A DNA stretch of 27,143 bases, taken from positions 1 to 27,143 of the forward strand of contig JBAYXY010000001.1 in assembly GCA_041673285.1 (NCBI GenBank), written 5' to 3'. Shown one piece after another: positions 25,337-27,143 of this stretch. The position numbers were made by a program, and so were the translations under genes. Origin of the DNA: Minisyncoccota bacterium. Its GTDB lineage: Bacteria > Patescibacteriota > Minisyncoccia > Minisyncoccales > Minisyncoccaceae. Position 1 is the first letter of the stretch; the number at the start of each line of letters is the position of its first letter. The notes below the pieces were generated by a model. It was not told the origin of the DNA, searched no databases, and saw only the letters and a list, made by a program, of their open reading frames with translations.

Positions 25337-26281
25337 ATGAAAATAAAGGAGATATTTGATTTATCAATAAAACTTGGAGTGGAAGCAGATTTTAGAGGAC
25401 GGGATGTTATTCTTAAAAATCTTGAAAGGAGGAAAGAAAGTTATGAGAAGTTAAGTTTAGACCAAAAGAATAACTTTGATTTGGAGGCATTAACAAATCC
25501 CTATATGGATTCTAGGATATATAACGTTGCTTTTGATAACGAAGTTAAAAAGGTTTTAGCGGGAATTGATATAGAGGGAGAGGAGCTTCTTTTAGCAGAC
25601 AAATTAGGCGATATAGATTTAGTAATTGGACATCATCCTGAGGGAAAAGGATTGGCTTGGCTTTCTGATGTGATGGATATTCAGATAGATATATTAAGTT
25701 ATTATGGTGTTCCTGTAAATCAAGCGGAGAAAGTAACAAGGGAAAGAATATCAGAAGTTAAAAGATCTGTGAGTGCTGCTAATCATAATCGGGCAGTGGA
25801 TATGGCAAAACTTTTAAAGCTTAATTTTATGAATAGTCATACGCCATGTGATAATTTAGCTGCTGATTTTTTAAAGAAAGAGATAAAAAAAGGAGAACCT
25901 CAATATTTAGAAAACATTATTCAGATTATTGAAAATATTCCTGAATACAAAGAAGCAATTAAAATAGGGGCAGGGCCTTCACTTTTTGTTGGAAGTCCTG
26001 AGAATAGATGTGGAAAGGTTGCTTTAACTGAAATTACAGGGGGAACAGAGGGTTCTGAAAAAATGTATGAGAAAATGGCACAAGCTGGTATAGGTACAGT
26101 CATTGGAATGCATATGTCTGAGAGGAATAAAAAAGAAGCAGAAGCAAATAATATTAATGTAGTGATAGCAGGTCACATTTCCTCAGATTCACTTGGTATG
26201 AATTTATTTTTAGACGAGCTTGAAAAAAGAGGAATAGAAGTTATTCCTTGTAGTGGCTTAATTAGGGTGAAAAGGTTTTAA
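25337..26281 (+). CDS. NIF3-like (DUF34/NGG1p-interacting factor) dinuclear metal-binding protein
   Basis: VLAGID, IGHHPEG, HTPCDN, IGMH, IAGHISSDSLGMN. Confidence 0.75.
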   Translation: MKIKEIFDLSIKLGVEADFRGRDVILKNLERRKESYEKLSLDQKNNFDLEALTNPYMDSRIYNVAFDNEVKKVLAGIDIEGEELLLADKLGDIDLVIGHHPEGKGLAWLSDVMDIQIDILSYYGVPVNQAEKVTRERISEVKRSVSAANHNRAVDMAKLLKLNFMNSHTPCDNLAADFLKKEIKKGEPQYLENIIQIIENIPEYKEAIKIGAGPSLFVGSPENRCGKVALTEITGGTEGSEKMYEKMAQAGIGTVIGMHMSERNKKEAEANNINVVIAGHISSDSLGMNLFLDELEKRGIEVIPCSGLIRVKRF

Positions 26282-27143
26282 CCATATAATAGTTTTCTAA
26301 TTTGTATCCTAATTTTCTATAATAATCTCTGACTCCAACTCCTGAAATTACATAGATTTTTTTAGGTTTTGCTATTTTTTCTGCTTCTTTGATAAGTGCT
26401 TTTCCAAGTCCTCTGTGCTGAACATCTCCTTTTTCTTCTATTCTTTTAGATTCTCCATAGGTATGTAACTCTCTTATAATAGCAATGTCTTTGATAATTC
26501 TAAGTCTTAACATGGAGTAAATGTTTTTTCTTTTTTCATCTTCAAAACTTAAAAAGATTTCTTTTCCATTTTGTGCAGTGTATTCCTGTTTAAATAATTT
26601 TAATTTTGCTGATTGTTTTTGATCCTTTATTTCTCTACAACGAATACATTTACATTTCCAATTTTCTTTTTTGATTTCAGTATCTATGATTTGTCTTAGG
26701 TTAGATGTTCTTGCACCACCTTCAACAATCAAGGGTGCGGGAATGTCTCTGATGATTCTTTCAATTCTTGTGTAATAAGGGACTTGTTTTTTGATTTGTT
26801 TAATAAGATTGATGAGTTCTTTTTCAGTGTATGGCTTATAATTTCCTTTTTTGTAATCATGATAAAGCTCTGTATTTTTAATAAGGGCACAAGGGTATAT
26901 TTTTAAGTAATCAGGTTTAAAGTTTTGATTTTTGAAAAGCTCTTTTACCATTTCTAAATCTTTTTTAGGATTACTTAAAGGTAAGTTAAGCATAATTTGA
27001 TAGGAAACTTTGAAGCCTGCATTTTTTAATAATTCAGTTGCTTTAATAGTTGTGTTGACATCATGTCCTCTTTTTGTTTTTTTAAGAATGTTATTGTAGA
27101 TGCTTTGAACACCGAGTTCAATTTTTGTGGCTCCTAGTTTTCG
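26262..27143 (-). CDS. Elp3-like radical SAM/GNAT tRNA U34 acetyltransferase (5' partial)
   Basis: The frame is open to the window edge: RKLGATKIELGVQSIY...RGH...AGFKVSYQIMLNLP, then PDYLKIYPC, YTRIERIIRDIP, SNLRQ, CKCIRCRE, IRELHTYG, QHRGLGKALI, VISGVGVRDYYRKLGY. Confidence 0.92.
   Translation of the reverse strand, partial: RKLGATKIELGVQSIYNNILKKTKRGHDVNTTIKATELLKNAGFKVSYQIMLNLPLSNPKKDLEMVKELFKNQNFKPDYLKIYPCALIKNTELYHDYKKGNYKPYTEKELINLIKQIKKQVPYYTRIERIIRDIPAPLIVEGGARTSNLRQIIDTEIKKENWKCKCIRCREIKDQKQSAKLKLFKQEYTAQNGKEIFLSFEDEKRKNIYSMLRLRIIKDIAIIRELHTYGESKRIEEKGDVQHRGLGKALIKEAEKIAKPKKIYVISGVGVRDYYRKLGYKLENYYMVKTFSP

Overview
AT-rich chromosomal window read with genetic code 11 (TGA is used as stop). 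Gene content and style point to a Patescibacteria/CPR (Parcubacteria-like) genome, which is an inference. The evidence is tight overlaps, pilin-LamG and WTEP-type surface proteins, short ATP synthase delta/epsilon and a stand-alone 5'-3' exonuclease. Order: partial pilin-LamG gene; tsaE, 5'-3' exonuclease, mutM, holA, NuoF/HydB-like and degenerate [FeFe]-hydrogenase-like genes in one run; rpsT and a Gly-rich surface protein (minus); ruvA-murE; an uncalled 54-aa ORF; AAA+/DUF4143 ATPase; Nudix; an accessory cluster; a DUF2130 remnant cut by a decayed IS481-like element; a full F-type ATP synthase operon; a large secreted protein; NIF3-like; partial Elp3 (minus). The top candidate for an undescribed system is the accessory cluster at about 10.9-16.5 kb. 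It holds truncated AlaRS-like and AsnRS-like paralogues, an MccF-like S66 peptidase, two SAM methyltransferases and an adjacent Nudix, and resembles an aminoacyl-nucleotide (aaRS-inhibitor) biosynthesis or detoxification locus. The second candidate is the NuoF-like plus H-cluster-less HydA-like redox pair. No rRNA, tRNA or CRISPR array was seen. All motif calls were made by eye and no database search was run.
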